A stretch of DNA of 63,907 bases, counting the filler, from Octopus bimaculoides (taxonomy: Eukaryota): assembly GCF_001194135.2 (NCBI RefSeq). It is 10 parts of 9 records of this genome, joined end to end, with 100 filler letters (N's around TTAATTAATTAA, not from the genome) between each part and the next. Parts side by side here need not be neighbours in the genome. Positions count along the whole stretch, not along the records: positions 1 to 24,529 come from NC_068998.1; 9 more parts are not named here. One strand, 5' to 3'. Positions 12,937-24,629 of this stretch are shown piece after piece (position 1 is the first letter of the stretch; each line of letters opens with the position of its first letter). The notes beneath the pieces were generated by a model that did not search any database, was not told the DNA's origin, and saw only the letters and a list, made by a program, of their open reading frames with translations. Position numbers and translations under genes: made by a program.

Positions 12937-13050
12937 TGGGCAGGCGTGGCTGTGTGGTAAGAAGCTTGATTCTTAACCATGAGGTTCTGAGTTCAGTTCC
13001 AATGCGCAGCACGTTGGGAAAGCATTTTCAACTATAACGCCGACCAAAAT
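12937..13050 (+). mobile_element. SINE family 2 tRNA head, truncated by a gap
   Basis: GGGCAGGCGTGGCTGTGTGGTAAGAAGC (A box) ... GAGTTCAGTTCC (B box). Confidence 0.8.
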
Positions 13051-13447
13051 NNNNNNNNNNNNNNNNNNNNNNNNNNNNNNNNNNNNNNNNNNNNNNNNNN
13101 NNNNNNNNNNNNNNNNNNNNNNNNNNNNNNNNNNNNNNNNNNNNNNNNNNNNNNNNNNNNNNNNNNNNNNNNNNNNNNNNNNNNNNNNNNNNNNNNNNNN
13201 NNNNNNNNNNNNNNNNNNNNNNNNNNNNNNNNNNNNNNNNNNNNNNNNNNNNNNNNNNNNNNNNNNNNNNNNNNNNNNNNNNNNNNNNNNNNNNNNNNNN
13301 NNNNNNNNNNNNNNNNNNNNNNNNNNNNNNNNNNNNNNNNNNNNNNNNNNNNNNNNNNNNNNNNNNNNNNNNNNNATATATATATATATATATAACAAAA
13401 TGCTAGTTCTAAACTTTCTCTAAGAGATCAACGCAGTAGTTGTATTG

Positions 13448-13559
13448 ACAAGTAATATTCGTAGCCACTTTAACATAGCTGTCCGTCGGTGGAGACGATA
13501 TTCCGTTCATGGCTGTCCGCTCGAACGGACAGCCATGTTAAAGTGGCTACGAATATTAC

Positions 13560-13563
<4 letters not shown>
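13448..13563. repeat. Inverted repeat with 39-bp arms and one mismatch (hairpin or MITE-like element)
   Basis: 13448-13486 ACAAGTAATATTCGTAGCCACTTTAACATAGCTGTCCGT against 13525-13563 ACGGACAGCCATGTTAAAGTGGCTACGAATATTACTTGT. Confidence 0.95.
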
Positions 13564-13591
<28 letters not shown>

Positions 13592-13802
13592 TGTAAGTTA
13601 AAAAACATAATAAATGCACTAACGGAAAACAGACATAGAAGGTCACCAAGTCCTCATCAGTTATCAGCCAGAGCGTCAAACGCAATTTCGCGCCTTCAAC
13701 TATCATATTGAAACCCTCTGGTTGCGCCGGCAGAAGGAAACTGCTGGGAAATGACGAGCCAAAGAACAAGGGAAAAAACCTAACGGAAAGTGAAAAAAAA
13801 AA

Positions 13803-14032
13803 GGCGAGTTGACAGAAGCGTTAGTACACCAGGCGAAATGCTTAGCGGTATTTCGTCTGTCTTTACGTTCTGAGTTCAAATTCCGCCGACGTCGACTTTG
13901 CCTTTCATCCTTTCGGGGTCGATGAATTAAGTACCAGTTACGCACTGGGGTCGATATAATCAACTTAATCCCTTTGTCTGTCCTTGTTTGTCCCCTCTCT
14001 GTTTATCCCCTTGTGGGCAATAAAGAAATAAG
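13803..14032 (+). mobile_element. SINE family 1 copy, near full length, with alternative 3' tail
   Basis: GGCGAGTTGACAGAAGCGTTAG...GAGTTCAAATTCCGCCGACGTCGACTTTGCCTTTCATCCTTTCGGGGTCGATGAATTAAGTACCAG, then tail CCTTGTTTGTCCCCTCTCTGTTTATCCCCTTGTGGGCAATAAAG. Confidence 0.9.
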
Positions 14033-14084
14033 AAAGTGAAAACAAAAACAAGAAATAAACATATTTGTGTGTGGTGTGTGTTTG

Positions 14085-14259
14085 AGTGTGTCTGTGTTTG
14101 TCCCTTACCAACACTTGATAACCGGTGTTGGTGTGTAACATAGTGGTTTCATGAAAGAGACTAACAGAATAAGTACCAGGCTTTAAAAATTAGTGTTGCA
14201 GTCGATTCATTCAATCAAAATTTATTCAAGGCAATGTCCCAGCATTTCCGCAGTCTGAT

Positions 14260-14260
<1 letters not shown>
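14085..14260 (+). mobile_element. SINE family 2 3' half
   Basis: GTGTCTGTGTTTGTCCC...CTTGATAACCGGTGTTGGTGTG...AGAATAAGTACCAGGC...CCAGCAT..CCGCAGTC. Confidence 0.75.
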
Positions 14261-14300
<40 letters not shown>

Positions 14301-14920
14301 AATAATAAATGAGTATATGTATATATACGTACAGGTTTGTGCATACCTACGTCTACCTGTATATATAGGTGCATATCTCTGTGACGTCTTGTATTGTATA
14401 ACCTGGATTATTTTTCATTAACTTTTCCATCATCGACGACCGTACACCAGCCGGAACACTCACGGTATTCCAGATCAAAATTTTTATAAACCTAGCGAAC
14501 AACATACAATCCTCCCAACTATGGCAACATCTCCATAAACTTCACAAACCTTTTTCCCCGTTTTATGTATTTTTTTAAATTTTATTTTCCAGAAATATAA
14601 GAACATCAAATGACAAAAATATATCACATTTCCACCAATTTTTACTGTTAACATAAAAACAGTTGAAATAAACCATATAAATTATCCACACAACAATTAT
14701 ATAGAAATGTCAACTTTCAGAACACATATGTATATATCGTATATGCTTCTGTTACGTGAGAAGGGAAATCATGTGTTGGTGGCGTTTACACCAACAACTA
14801 GAAAACGGTACGAAATTTTGCTTGAACGCAATATGTTTATGAATATGTGAGTGTTTGTGCGTATATATATGCATATCTACATGCGTATATATATGCATAT
14901 CCATATATTTACAAGGATAC

Positions 14921-14982
<62 letters not shown>

Positions 14983-15389
14983 GTGTTAGTAAACAACATG
15001 AAAGGATACAAACTTACTGAACGCCCTTACGAAATATAATGAACATTTAATGCATTACCACTGTTCATTTAATGAACATTCAATGCATTATCATGGAAAA
15101 AGAAACCATTATCCGAGTGAGTTGAACGTTTCTCTGCACATTGGTTAGCTTGGAGAATAAATGTAACATATGCCGGCCTGAATATGGCTTCAGAAAAAGG
15201 GATTCTATTTAATCACGTGAAAGGTACGCTAATCATTTTTAGATTGAAATATTTGGGTAACACGACTCATTATAGATTATAATATAAGAAATATAGATTA
15301 TACACGCGCATGTACACACATGAACATGCATTATTTGTGTATGTGTACGTGTATGTATGCATGTATGCATAGTACCATGCGCCACGTAT

Positions 15390-15655
15390 GATAACATCCT
15401 TTGAGAATGCTGCAGCCAACACTACTCGGATTCTCAATGCAAGATGGCTAAGTATATGACCATCAATGAGGATGAAAACCACCAGACTGTTTGTTCCAAC
15501 AATAGTACACAACACAAGAATAATGTGCCATCGTTGACTTTAAGTGTCTTGGGATCTATGTTACTGATATAAGAAAGACTTCCTGGAAACCGCAAGAAGC
15601 AAGACTGACACGCCAGTTACAAGCTGCGCAACATCTGGCAATCGACTCCTAAAAA
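15390..15655 (+). mobile_element. Degraded RTE-like LINE reverse transcriptase fragment
   Basis: Fragments read across frameshifts resemble G.ILNA..KYMTIN, (Y)LGS.V.D..KDF..RK and KL.NIWQS, as at the end of an RTE RT. Confidence 0.5.
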
Positions 15656-16627
15656 GTCAACCAAGCCTTCTTCAGAGTGTGTATAGAGAGTATTTTTTTT
15701 CTGTGAAGAAAGAACTTTAAAATCACCTTAAGCATACGAATACCACGTTTCTCGTAAAGTCTCAAAGTATCTCAAAACCGAATAGCCTTAGCTGCAGCAT
15801 TTTCAAAGGATGTAATCATATATTGCGCATCGTACTATGCATAAATACATAGATATATACATAAATATTGCGCGTGTGTATATAATATTTCGTGTATAAT
15901 GAGTCTTTTCCCAGATATTTAAATCTAAAACTTATTGGTGTACCTTACACATGACTACATAAAACACATTTTTGTGTAGCCAGATTTGTGCTGGCTTATG
16001 TTACACTTATTCTCGAAGCTCACAGATGTGCAGATTTACATTAGGATAATGTTTCTTTTCTGCACCCATTTCAACGCAGTATTGTAAACCAGGTCCTATA
16101 GGGAGTTATTTTTATTGAACATTTTATTTTGGAGATTTCCGCACCCTACTACCAATCAAAGACACTCAACTACATTGAATTAATGAAACTGAAAATCTAT
16201 CAAAACTAAGAGCAGAGAGAAATTTCTGGTGCGAGTTAGTGTAACGTATCTTGGTGAAGGCAGCTAAAAGAAATAGAAGATCGGAATGCCATAAGTAATA
16301 CCAATTGTCCAAGCTAACTGAAATGTAATTAAATGTTTAAATTACTATAATAATAATGTTACATTTTTCTATGGTCATGACGATGAATATGTTCATTATA
16401 TCTCGTAGGTGCGCCAAATAACATCGTGTGGTTGAATTTTGCTTTCTATCTCACTAACGAATCTATTCCGAAACGGAAACAACAAAATAGCGAAATGTAC
16501 TTAGTTCTTTTTTATGCTGTGCTCCAGAACTGCTTAAATCGTTATTTGTGAGTCGTTAACCTTCCATAATTAGTAATACCTCATGGTCATTTTCTCTGGG
16601 GATTTTTAGTCAATATCTAGTTTAATA

Positions 16628-16910
16628 TGAAGGCGCATGGCCTAAGTTTAGATTGTTACACGAAAATCGTGGTTTCGATCTCCAGACCGGCAGTGCGTTG
16701 TGTTCTTGAGCAAACTATTGCATTTCCTGCTGCTCCAGTTCATTCAGCTGTAAATGGATCACTGTGACAAACTGGGGGTTCCTTTCAAGGAGATTGTCGG
16801 CCTGCCTGTCTGGTTATTTGCATGGAATTCATTCGAGAGCTAAAACAATGCGAAGCACATTGTGGCCATCGGTGTATAAGAACATCTGATAGTCTGATCG
16901 ATACTGTGAT
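16628..16910 (+). mobile_element. tRNA-derived SINE, family 3 (GTGTTCTTGAGCAA core), tail type a
   Basis: GAAGGCGCATGGCCTAAG (A box), GGTTTCGATCTCC (B box), core GCGTTGTGTTCTTGAGCAA...GCTCCAGTTCATTCAGCTG shared with 23017 and 56780. Confidence 0.75.
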
Positions 16911-17164
16911 ATAGTTTAATACGTTAGCATCGTTTAATAAAGATAGAATTTATATAAAATGTTTTTCCTTTTATATTACTAAAGGGCTTTATACACTAAA
17001 TTAAACAATATATATTGCCGAATTTCTTTTTAATCTAATTTTTAAGATGCCAGATCGTTAGCGACTGGTGCTTACACAAAACTCCCGAAGCTAATTATAT
17101 TTTCCTTAATCTAGTCATTTCTATTCCTTTATTTATTTAAAAAAGATCGAATAATAAAAAATAG

Positions 17165-17772
17165 GGATCTTTTTTAAAACGGGGGCCACATTTTTCATTA
17201 ACGAAACACTTTGAAACTTGGAACACTGGTAGAATGTGTCATATAAAACATCTTTTTCTCTTAGTCTTCTTTAAAAAAAAGAAATCCATAAGTTATTCCA
17301 TGCTAAAGTTGTCGCATTTCTGTAATTTCAACCAATCACTGACGTCCATTCAGCCGATATACATTAAGTGCCGACTACATAAACAAACGATTCTGAAACA
17401 ATTAACCCTAACCCTAACCCTAACCCTAACCCTAATCCTAACCCTAACCCTAACTCTAGGGTAGGGTTAGGGTTAGGGTTAAAGCAAATTTAAAATGAAA
17501 AAAGCAAATAAAACGAAGGTATGGAGATTAAATACGCTTTACATCGCTTAATCAGCCAAAGGAGTAAATGTAAACAACTGAATTTTTGTCAGTGATTGGT
17601 TGAAATTATCGAAATAAGACAATTTTTTACATGAAATAAATTCGAATACAAAAATATTTTTCTGTTCTATAACACAAAATAGATAAGTATACGAAGTTTG
17701 AAAGTCTTTCCGTACCAAAAACACTACGTAAAACATTAATGAAAAATGTGGCCCCCGTTTTAAAATAGATCC
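17165..17772. mobile_element. Non-autonomous DNA element (MITE-like) with about 38-bp TIRs, a perfect inner 21-bp IR and central (CCCTAA)n-(TTAGGG)n
   Basis: Left GGATCTTTTTTAAAACGGGGGCCACATTTTTCATTAA; right TTAATGAAAAATGTGGCCCCCGTTTTAAAATAGATCC. Inner IR 17323-17343 / 17588-17608. Telomeric repeats 17403-17480. Confidence 0.85.
17403..17480. repeat. Interstitial telomere-type repeat: about 8 TAACCC units followed by about 4 TTAGGG units
   Basis: Directly visible, with a CTCTAG junction. Confidence 0.95.
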
Positions 17773-17849
17773 AAAAATAGTTTCACCTGTCGTCCTGTTG
17801 CAAGTGACAACATTTGTAAAAACAAATTCAATATTAAAATCATATCATA

Positions 17850-19215
17850 CCTTCCGGCTCGGTAATATAAGTACCAGCTGTGTACTGGAGTCAATGACCT
17901 ACCTCATCCCCCAAAATTGTTGGCCTTGTGCCAAAATTTAAAGCCAATCGTTAGCACGTTGGGAAAAATGCTTTGCGACATTCCGTCTGTCTTTACGTTC
18001 TGAGTTCAAATTCCGTCATGGTCAACTTTGCCTTTCATTCTTTCAGGATCTAATAAGTACCAGTTGAACAGTGAAGTCGAGTTAAACCCAACCCTAAAAT
18101 TACTGGCCTTGTGCCAAATTTTGAAGCCAGTATTAGTTCCAAACTTTGAAACAAAGCAAAATCAACATCGGCGAAATTTGAACTCAGAATATAAAGACGG
18201 ACTAAATACCGCCGAGCATTTTGTTCGACATGTTAACGATTCTGCTAGCTCACAGTCTTATACGAAACAAATATTAAAATCATATTGATTTTTCTAGAAA
18301 AATTTGCGTGTTGATTTTATACAACTGAGGCATATTTTCGGCCAACACTGGTAATGATCAAAGGTCATGTTTACGAAAACTAAATAAAATTCGATTATAT
18401 GAAAGTTTCCAGGAGAGAAATTTATGATTGTAGATGTTAGTTCGTCCCACGAGAAGTCTTAAGCAAGATCAAAACAGTCAGATATAAATTACAACATGTA
18501 ATGTACAACACCGAATCTCCGATATTCAAAGCTTAGAAATCTGAAGACCGTTTGAACAAAATAATAATTCTTTCTACTATAGGTATAACACCCGGAATTT
18601 TGTGGGGAGGAGACTAGTCAATTACATCAAGCCTAGTGTTCAACTGGTACTTATTCTATCGTCCCGGAAATGATGAAAGGTTAAAGTAGATCTCGGTGGA
18701 ATTTGAACGGATGAAATGTCGCTGCACATTTTGTGCGACATGCTAATGATTCTGCCAATCCCCCGCCTTTAAAACAATGGTTTCAAATTTTGGCACAAAG
18801 CCAGCACTTTCGGGGAACGAAGTAAGTCGATAATATCGAACCCAGTACTCAACTGGTATTTATTTTATCGACCACGAAAGGAGCGAAAGGCAAAGTCGAC
18901 CTTCGCGGAATTTGAACCCAGAACCTAAAGACAGACGACATGACACCGTGCAGTTTTCCTGACATGCTAGTGACTCGGCCAGCTCTCCCGCCTTTGCCGC
19001 ATGTACAATAATAATATACCTAAAGGCGGTGAACTGGCAGAATGCTTAGCGGCATTTCGTCCGTTTTTAGGACTTGAGTTCAAATTCAGCCGAGGTCGAC
19101 TTTGCCTTTCTTCCTTTTGGGGTCGAAAAAATAAGAATCGGTTGAATACTGGGGTCGATGTAATAACTTGCTTCCTTCCTCCGAAATTGCAGGCCTTGTG
19201 CCAAAATTTGAAACC
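17850..19215. mobile_element. Cluster of at least six SINE family 1 copies or fragments in mixed orientation
   Basis: Approximate copies: 17855-17945 (+, partial), 17948-18127 (+), 18160-18250 (-), 18570-18770 (-), 18775-18994 (-), 19023-19215 (+). Confidence 0.85.
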
Positions 19216-21207
19216 AGTGATGATAAACATGCTGTGGTCCTTTAATGGGGTGTGTAGTATGTGTGCTGCAAGATGCTCTATCGTATAATTTGTTCCCGGT
19301 TCCGATAAAGTGAATTTAGCATTATTCTAACACGTGCTTTGCCGCTAGGCATTTTTTATATAATAAAATTATATATATGTTTATACGCGCGCGCGCGCAC
19401 GTGTGTGTGTGTGTGTGTTGGTCGTTACTATCTGAGACAAATCATTCATGTCCAGGCTAACTTTTCCTTTTATCCTTCCGGATTCACTGTCATTCGAGTT
19501 GTTTTTATTTCATAGAAATTAGTAAATTAAAATATAAAATATTTGATTGAAACTTATGGGATGCTGCCAAGTTAGAACATCTCTAGCAAGCCTTCAGTCG
19601 CCCAACTTAATCTGCTTAATATTCTTTAATGTGGACACGATTTGATCTCGGGTTCTTAAGGCAAGTAACCGAATATTATGGGATGATTAGAAAGAGATTT
19701 GACTAGTATATATAGATGAAAGTATTCCGCTCGAGTATATCTGCGAGTTTTTGTCTATATCGGCGGGGGTGGGGGTCAGTACGATCACAGCAAAATATAT
19801 TTCCAACCAATATCGTCTGTTTGTTTTATCATTAATCAAATCAGGTTATTTTCCTGTTGTGGCTTTCTTCACTCGACCACTAAACAGCTCGCCTGAAAAT
19901 TGTTCATCTATTGTTACTATTTCAATATATAATGTCTTGACTAGACCATGCACCAACCAACCCACATAACTTGATTTACCATTTTCCAGTGACCTTTGAG
20001 AGTGAACTGTGCAGTGACAAGCCACTCATCGATCTTAGAGGCTGAACAGTCTGCTTATATATTTAGTAAATTTATATTTAAAACTACCGACTTATTTTTC
20101 ATGATCAAAACTAAAAATGACAGGCGAGTATCGTATAGTAAAAAAGAAAAAAAATTTAAAACACAGTGGTTATTTTCTGACAAAAATATTTCTTTGATCG
20201 TCGTAAAACTAGTATGAGAAATAACAATAATTTCTAAAATAGGCACCAGGCCACACATGTTAGAAGAGAAATACAGCCAATCAAATTGACGCATTTCGCT
20301 GGTACATATTTTATATTGTCGGAGGTATGAGAATAGTAACAAACGTACGAAGCAGAGACTCCACTAGTGGATACCAATTTATAAGTATCAACATTAACTA
20401 CAAACTTTCTAATAGATTGTTTGTTATATCCATAACAATACTATACGCTTATACTAAGAGGGTCTATAACTCTTATTAATGAAAATTCAATATAGTAAAG
20501 TATATCACTTTAAAAACGGATGGCGAGGTGAAGTAAATTAGTTCGTATAAGGAAGTAAACTTCTATAAACAAGATCAGAATCGGATATTGGAACACTAAA
20601 TAATAAATTCTCTCTTGGTTGTGCCAAGACTTCGTCGAATACTTTGCGAATGTCATGAAACTAACGATCAGATGAAAACTCTAGACAAACATCATATGAA
20701 ATGTCATTTCATTTGAAAGTCCGCCAACTGTTGTAAAGCTAAAACAATACAAATAGAAAGATCTGAAAATTTATTTCTGGAGGCCATGATATCTGTTTAC
20801 ATGAATATTTAAAGACCGATTTAACTATTCTTTGAGTAAACATATTCTACTGAATGAGGATATTTCATTGAAATGTGCTGTTATTAATGTCAGTATACTG
20901 AGCTTAAAAGACCAGTTCATCAACTTAATTAATCGGTTGGTATTATAATTTATCATAGAATTTGCATTGAGATGCAAGGAAGTGTGTGTGTGTGTATGTG
21001 TGCGTGCGAATACATTTATTTATTTTGTTTTATAAGGGAGCTGCTTTCATTATCTTTCTATCTATTAACAAAAATACAAATATCTCTATAGATGAAATGT
21101 GTGTCTTAGTTTGGGTAATATTACACGCACGTGAACAAAAGTTATTCTGTATACACTTATGTAAAGACACTATAGACACTATATACACTAATGCAAAATT
21201 ATACAGC

Positions 21208-21249
<42 letters not shown>

Positions 21250-21639
21250 ATAAATGAGTTACATATATAATAGGATATAGAAAATAGTTTTATGTATACA
21301 TGTGTTTGTTTGTGCGTGCGTATTACAAAATAAAAAGAAGACAATGCTTCGAAAACTACCATCCATAAAAGTAAAAACAGTATATATATTTAACTAAGCG
21401 GCAACCGGCTTCGACCACTTTGAAGAGGTGTTCTAGTCATACTGAAATAACAGAAGATATAAATTGAAATAGATTCAGTTAAATTAATCTTTCATAATAT
21501 CACTTCTGGAAATTCACATGATTTTCCTATAGAAATCACATGGTACAATATTTCGCTTCTTTCTTGTTATTCTTGCTGGATATCAGTTAACAGCAGCCGT
21601 AGCCGGCTGTTAATGAATAAAACAACAAACACAGCGTTC

Positions 21640-22410
21640 GAATCTAGTAAGGGATACCTAGGGATTACGTTATGTAAGAAATAAACACGAGGAAAATATG
21701 GGAATTCTTTCTCCACGTACATACAAGAAAAATGGAAAAAGATTGTTGCTTCATTCAAGCACAGAGAAACTTACAAGAATATTCAATACAAATATTCAAG
21801 TCACCATGGAATATAACCATAACCAACTCCAATTTTTAGACGTTCCCATAAAGAAAGTGAACGACAAAATAAAGCCGGATATTTACTATAAACCTACTCC
21901 AAACAATATCTTCGTTTCAATTTCTGCCATACGAGACACACCAGAATAAATTACCGTTATAACCTGGCTAAAAGGACTTGTAAAAGAAGTATCCTATACA
22001 AATATCTGTGACATAAGACTCCAAGAAATGAAGGATGCACCTCTTCGCTTGAAATACTCATTTTCTTGATCGATAATGGAATACAACAAGCCAAGAAATT
22101 TGGTATCCAGAAACTAAGACAAAGAAATAAAGAAAGAAATTAATTGAAATTGAAGGTCCTACCATATGTCTCCACCTACAATCCCCAAAACAATGATGCC
22201 TGCAACATCATATTCCAAAACATAGCGTTACTGATGAAAACATTTCAGGGTTGAGCCAAGTCCTCCAGACACACACCACCCATAATGAGTAAAAGACAAA
22301 TCATAGAAAAAAATACTTACAAAGCACATATTTCACGCAATAACAACAAAACACAAGAGTAAGAAAATGCAGAAGACCCAATTCTATTATGTTTCAGCCT
22401 GATAGAAGGA
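21640..22410 (+). mobile_element. Degraded Penelope-like element (PLE): RT C-terminal half and linker
   Basis: NIQVTMEYNHNQLQFLDVPIKKVNDKIKPDIYYKPT, then after a frameshift QYLRFNFCHTRHT...YNLAKRTC; LPYVSTYNP; IMSKRQ; RKCRRPN. These match PLE-type FLDV / YxKPT / SCHP / NLARRI motifs. Confidence 0.88.
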
Positions 22411-23016
22411 TTTGTGACTCGTTTTAGATGTATACATACGTGTGTGTGTGTGTGTGTGTGTGTGTGTCTGTACACATGTGATGGCTGTGATGTATGTGCA
22501 CAACATTTAGCAAAATCATGCTAGCTTTGAGAAGGATAGTTTGGTTGTCAGAAGCTCTGTAAGTCCGGCAAATTAATCGATCAAATGAAAACCACCTTGT
22601 ACAAATGTTGTAATGTGGTAAACTATTTGAAACACGTGTAGATTAAATATATCGTGTGTATATATATATATATATATNNNNNNNNNNNNNNNNNNNNNNN
22701 NNNNNNNNNNNNNNNNNNNNNNNNNNNNNNNNNNNNNNNNNNNNNNNNNNNNNNNNNNNNNNNNNNNNNNNNNNNNNNNNNNNNNNNNNNNNNNNNNNNN
22801 NNNNNNNNNNNNNNNNNNNNNNNNNNNNNNNNNNNNNNNNNNNNNNNNNNNNNNNNNNNNNNNNNNNNNNNNNNNNTTTTTTTAATATCAGTAATAATTA
22901 AACAGAAATCAAAAACATTATTTTAAAAGAGATAATGTTCCATATGTTCCAAATAGATGCAATAATATGCGTGAAACTTACAGTTTATCGATCTAACTCT
23001 CTATAAATATATATGT

Positions 23017-23310
23017 GAAGGCGAATGGCTCAGTGGCTAGAGCGTCGGACTCACAATCATGAGGTAGTGAGTTCGATTCTCAGACCGGGCTGTGTGTTGT
23101 GTTCTTGAGTAATGCACTTTATTTCACGTTGTTCCAGTTCACTCAGCTATAGAAATGTGTTGCGATTTCACTGATGCCAGGTTGTATCAGCCTTTGCCTT
23201 TCCCTTGGATAACATCGGAGGCTGATATGCATGGTCTTCCTTAAAACAAACTTGCCCGGACTTATGCCTCAGAGGGGAACTTTCTAGGTGCAATATCATG
23301 GTCATTCATG
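23017..23310 (+). mobile_element. tRNA-derived SINE family 3, tail type b
   Basis: GAAGGCGAATGGCTCAGTGGCTAGAGCG (A box), GAGTTCGATTCTC (B box), shared core GTGTTGTGTTCTTGAG...CCAGTTCACTCAGCT. Confidence 0.85.
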
Positions 23311-23328
23311 ACCGAAGGGGTCCTCTTT

Positions 23329-23373
<45 letters not shown>

Positions 23374-23672
23374 NNNNNNNNNNNNNNNNNNNNNNNNNNN
23401 NNNNNNNNNNNNNNNNNNNNNNNNNNNNNNNNNNNNNNNNNNNNNNNNNNNNNNNNNNNNNNNNNNNNNNNNNNNNNNNNNNNNNNNNNNNNNNNNNNNN
23501 NNNNNNNNNNNTATATATATGCTAGAAATTCATCTATGTATTCACAAAATAATGCGAAAATGTAATTTCATACGGGAGGTCGTGATGGAGTTCAATATAT
23601 TCGCATATAGAATATGAAATTTACAGGGCAACTATTGTAAACAGCAAAGATAGCAAGAGATAACCTTGATAA

Positions 23673-23718
<46 letters not shown>

Positions 23719-23789
23719 TTGTGTATGTATGTATGTATTGGTATCCAGAAGATCCAATGTGGCAGGTAATGCTATGGAAGTGCTATGGA

Positions 23790-24070
23790 AGGACCATAGT
23801 TAAATTCACGGTTGGATAATGATATGAGTGAGAAGTCTAATGCGGGTCATGTTTGAGCATGTATATGTTGAACAAAATGAGACAACAAAGCCAAGACTGC
23901 GTGGAATTTTCAGGACATTTATAAAGAGAAAGTTAGTCTTACAACTGTGTCTGGGATATTAGGGATATCCCTTCATCGAGACGATGTGAGTTGGTTAAAT
24001 AGAGGGAAATATTAGAGTTCGACTTGAGGAGTTATTTTGGAAAAGGAGGCAAATGAGGAGTGTATAGGGA
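23790..24070 (+). mobile_element. PLE fragment, inverted relative to the homologous segment at about 25760-25918
   Basis: The reverse complement of 23865-23990 aligns by eye to 25800-25918 (GGGATATCC...CTTTCTCTTTATAAATGTCCT..AAATT..CACGC...GGCTTT.TTGTCTCATTTT). Confidence 0.6.
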
Positions 24071-24116
24071 AATAGGAGAATGAATGTAGAAATAAAAATA
24101 TAAATGTATAAACATA

Positions 24117-24160
24117 CTAGCAGAAATACCCGGCGTTGCCCGGGTTAAAGAGAATAATGA
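24117..24160 (-). mobile_element. Helitron 3' terminus (hairpin plus CTAG)
   Basis: Reverse complement TTATTCTCTTTAACCCGGGCAACGCCGGGTATTTCTGCTAG is nearly identical to the terminus at 51491-51531, which follows a PIF1 helicase fragment. Confidence 0.85.
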
Positions 24161-24573
24161 AATCTAAAAACGCCGTCTAGACTACGCAACCCTCAACTGT
24201 TAGTAACTACGATACCATATTTCTACATTAATAACTCTCCAATCCATGCCAGCATGGAACATAGATATTAAGTGGAATGCTAGAAGAAAGTTTTCAACTC
24301 ATATGTATATAAAGTAAATACACGTAATTCAGAAACACGTTTTGTGTATTTTATTTCGTAACGAAACAAACAGGTACAGATTATAAATAATGAAAGGCCA
24401 ATTTTGGTGATTCATTTGACAGAGGTAGTAGAGAGACAATGCGATGATAAATCTGAGGTTGGATCTTGAAAGTTTGGATGAATGCTGCCTCAGTTAAATC
24501 TCTTGTGGTTCCAAATGATGTAATCTGTANNNNNNNNNNNNNNNNNNNNNNNNNNNNNNNNNNNNNNNNNNNN

Positions 24574-24585
24574 TTAATTAATTAA
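24574..24585. other. Assembly join marker TTAATTAATTAA (also at 28919, 31801, 37238, 46650, 48974, 51047, 56032, 60757)
   Basis: The same 12-mer appears nine times isolated between N-runs (44 N each side where counted, giving a 100-bp block); it has stops in all six frames. Confidence 0.95.
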
Positions 24586-24629
24586 NNNNNNNNNNNNNNN
24601 NNNNNNNNNNNNNNNNNNNNNNNNNNNNN

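Noticed and set aside
17403-17480. Telomere-telomere fusion scar
   Set aside because: A fusion reads (TTAGGG)n then (CCCTAA)n; here the order is reversed and the repeats sit inside a TIR element.
21418-21460. TTGAAGA-GGTGT...ATACT-GAAA hammerhead-like string (similar trace at about 25100-25130)
   Set aside because: Stems I and III cannot be formed; too decayed to call.
22225-22260. CTGATGAA-AAC...GTT-GAG hammerhead-like string
   Set aside because: It lacks GAAA and stems I and III, and lies inside the PLE reading frame.
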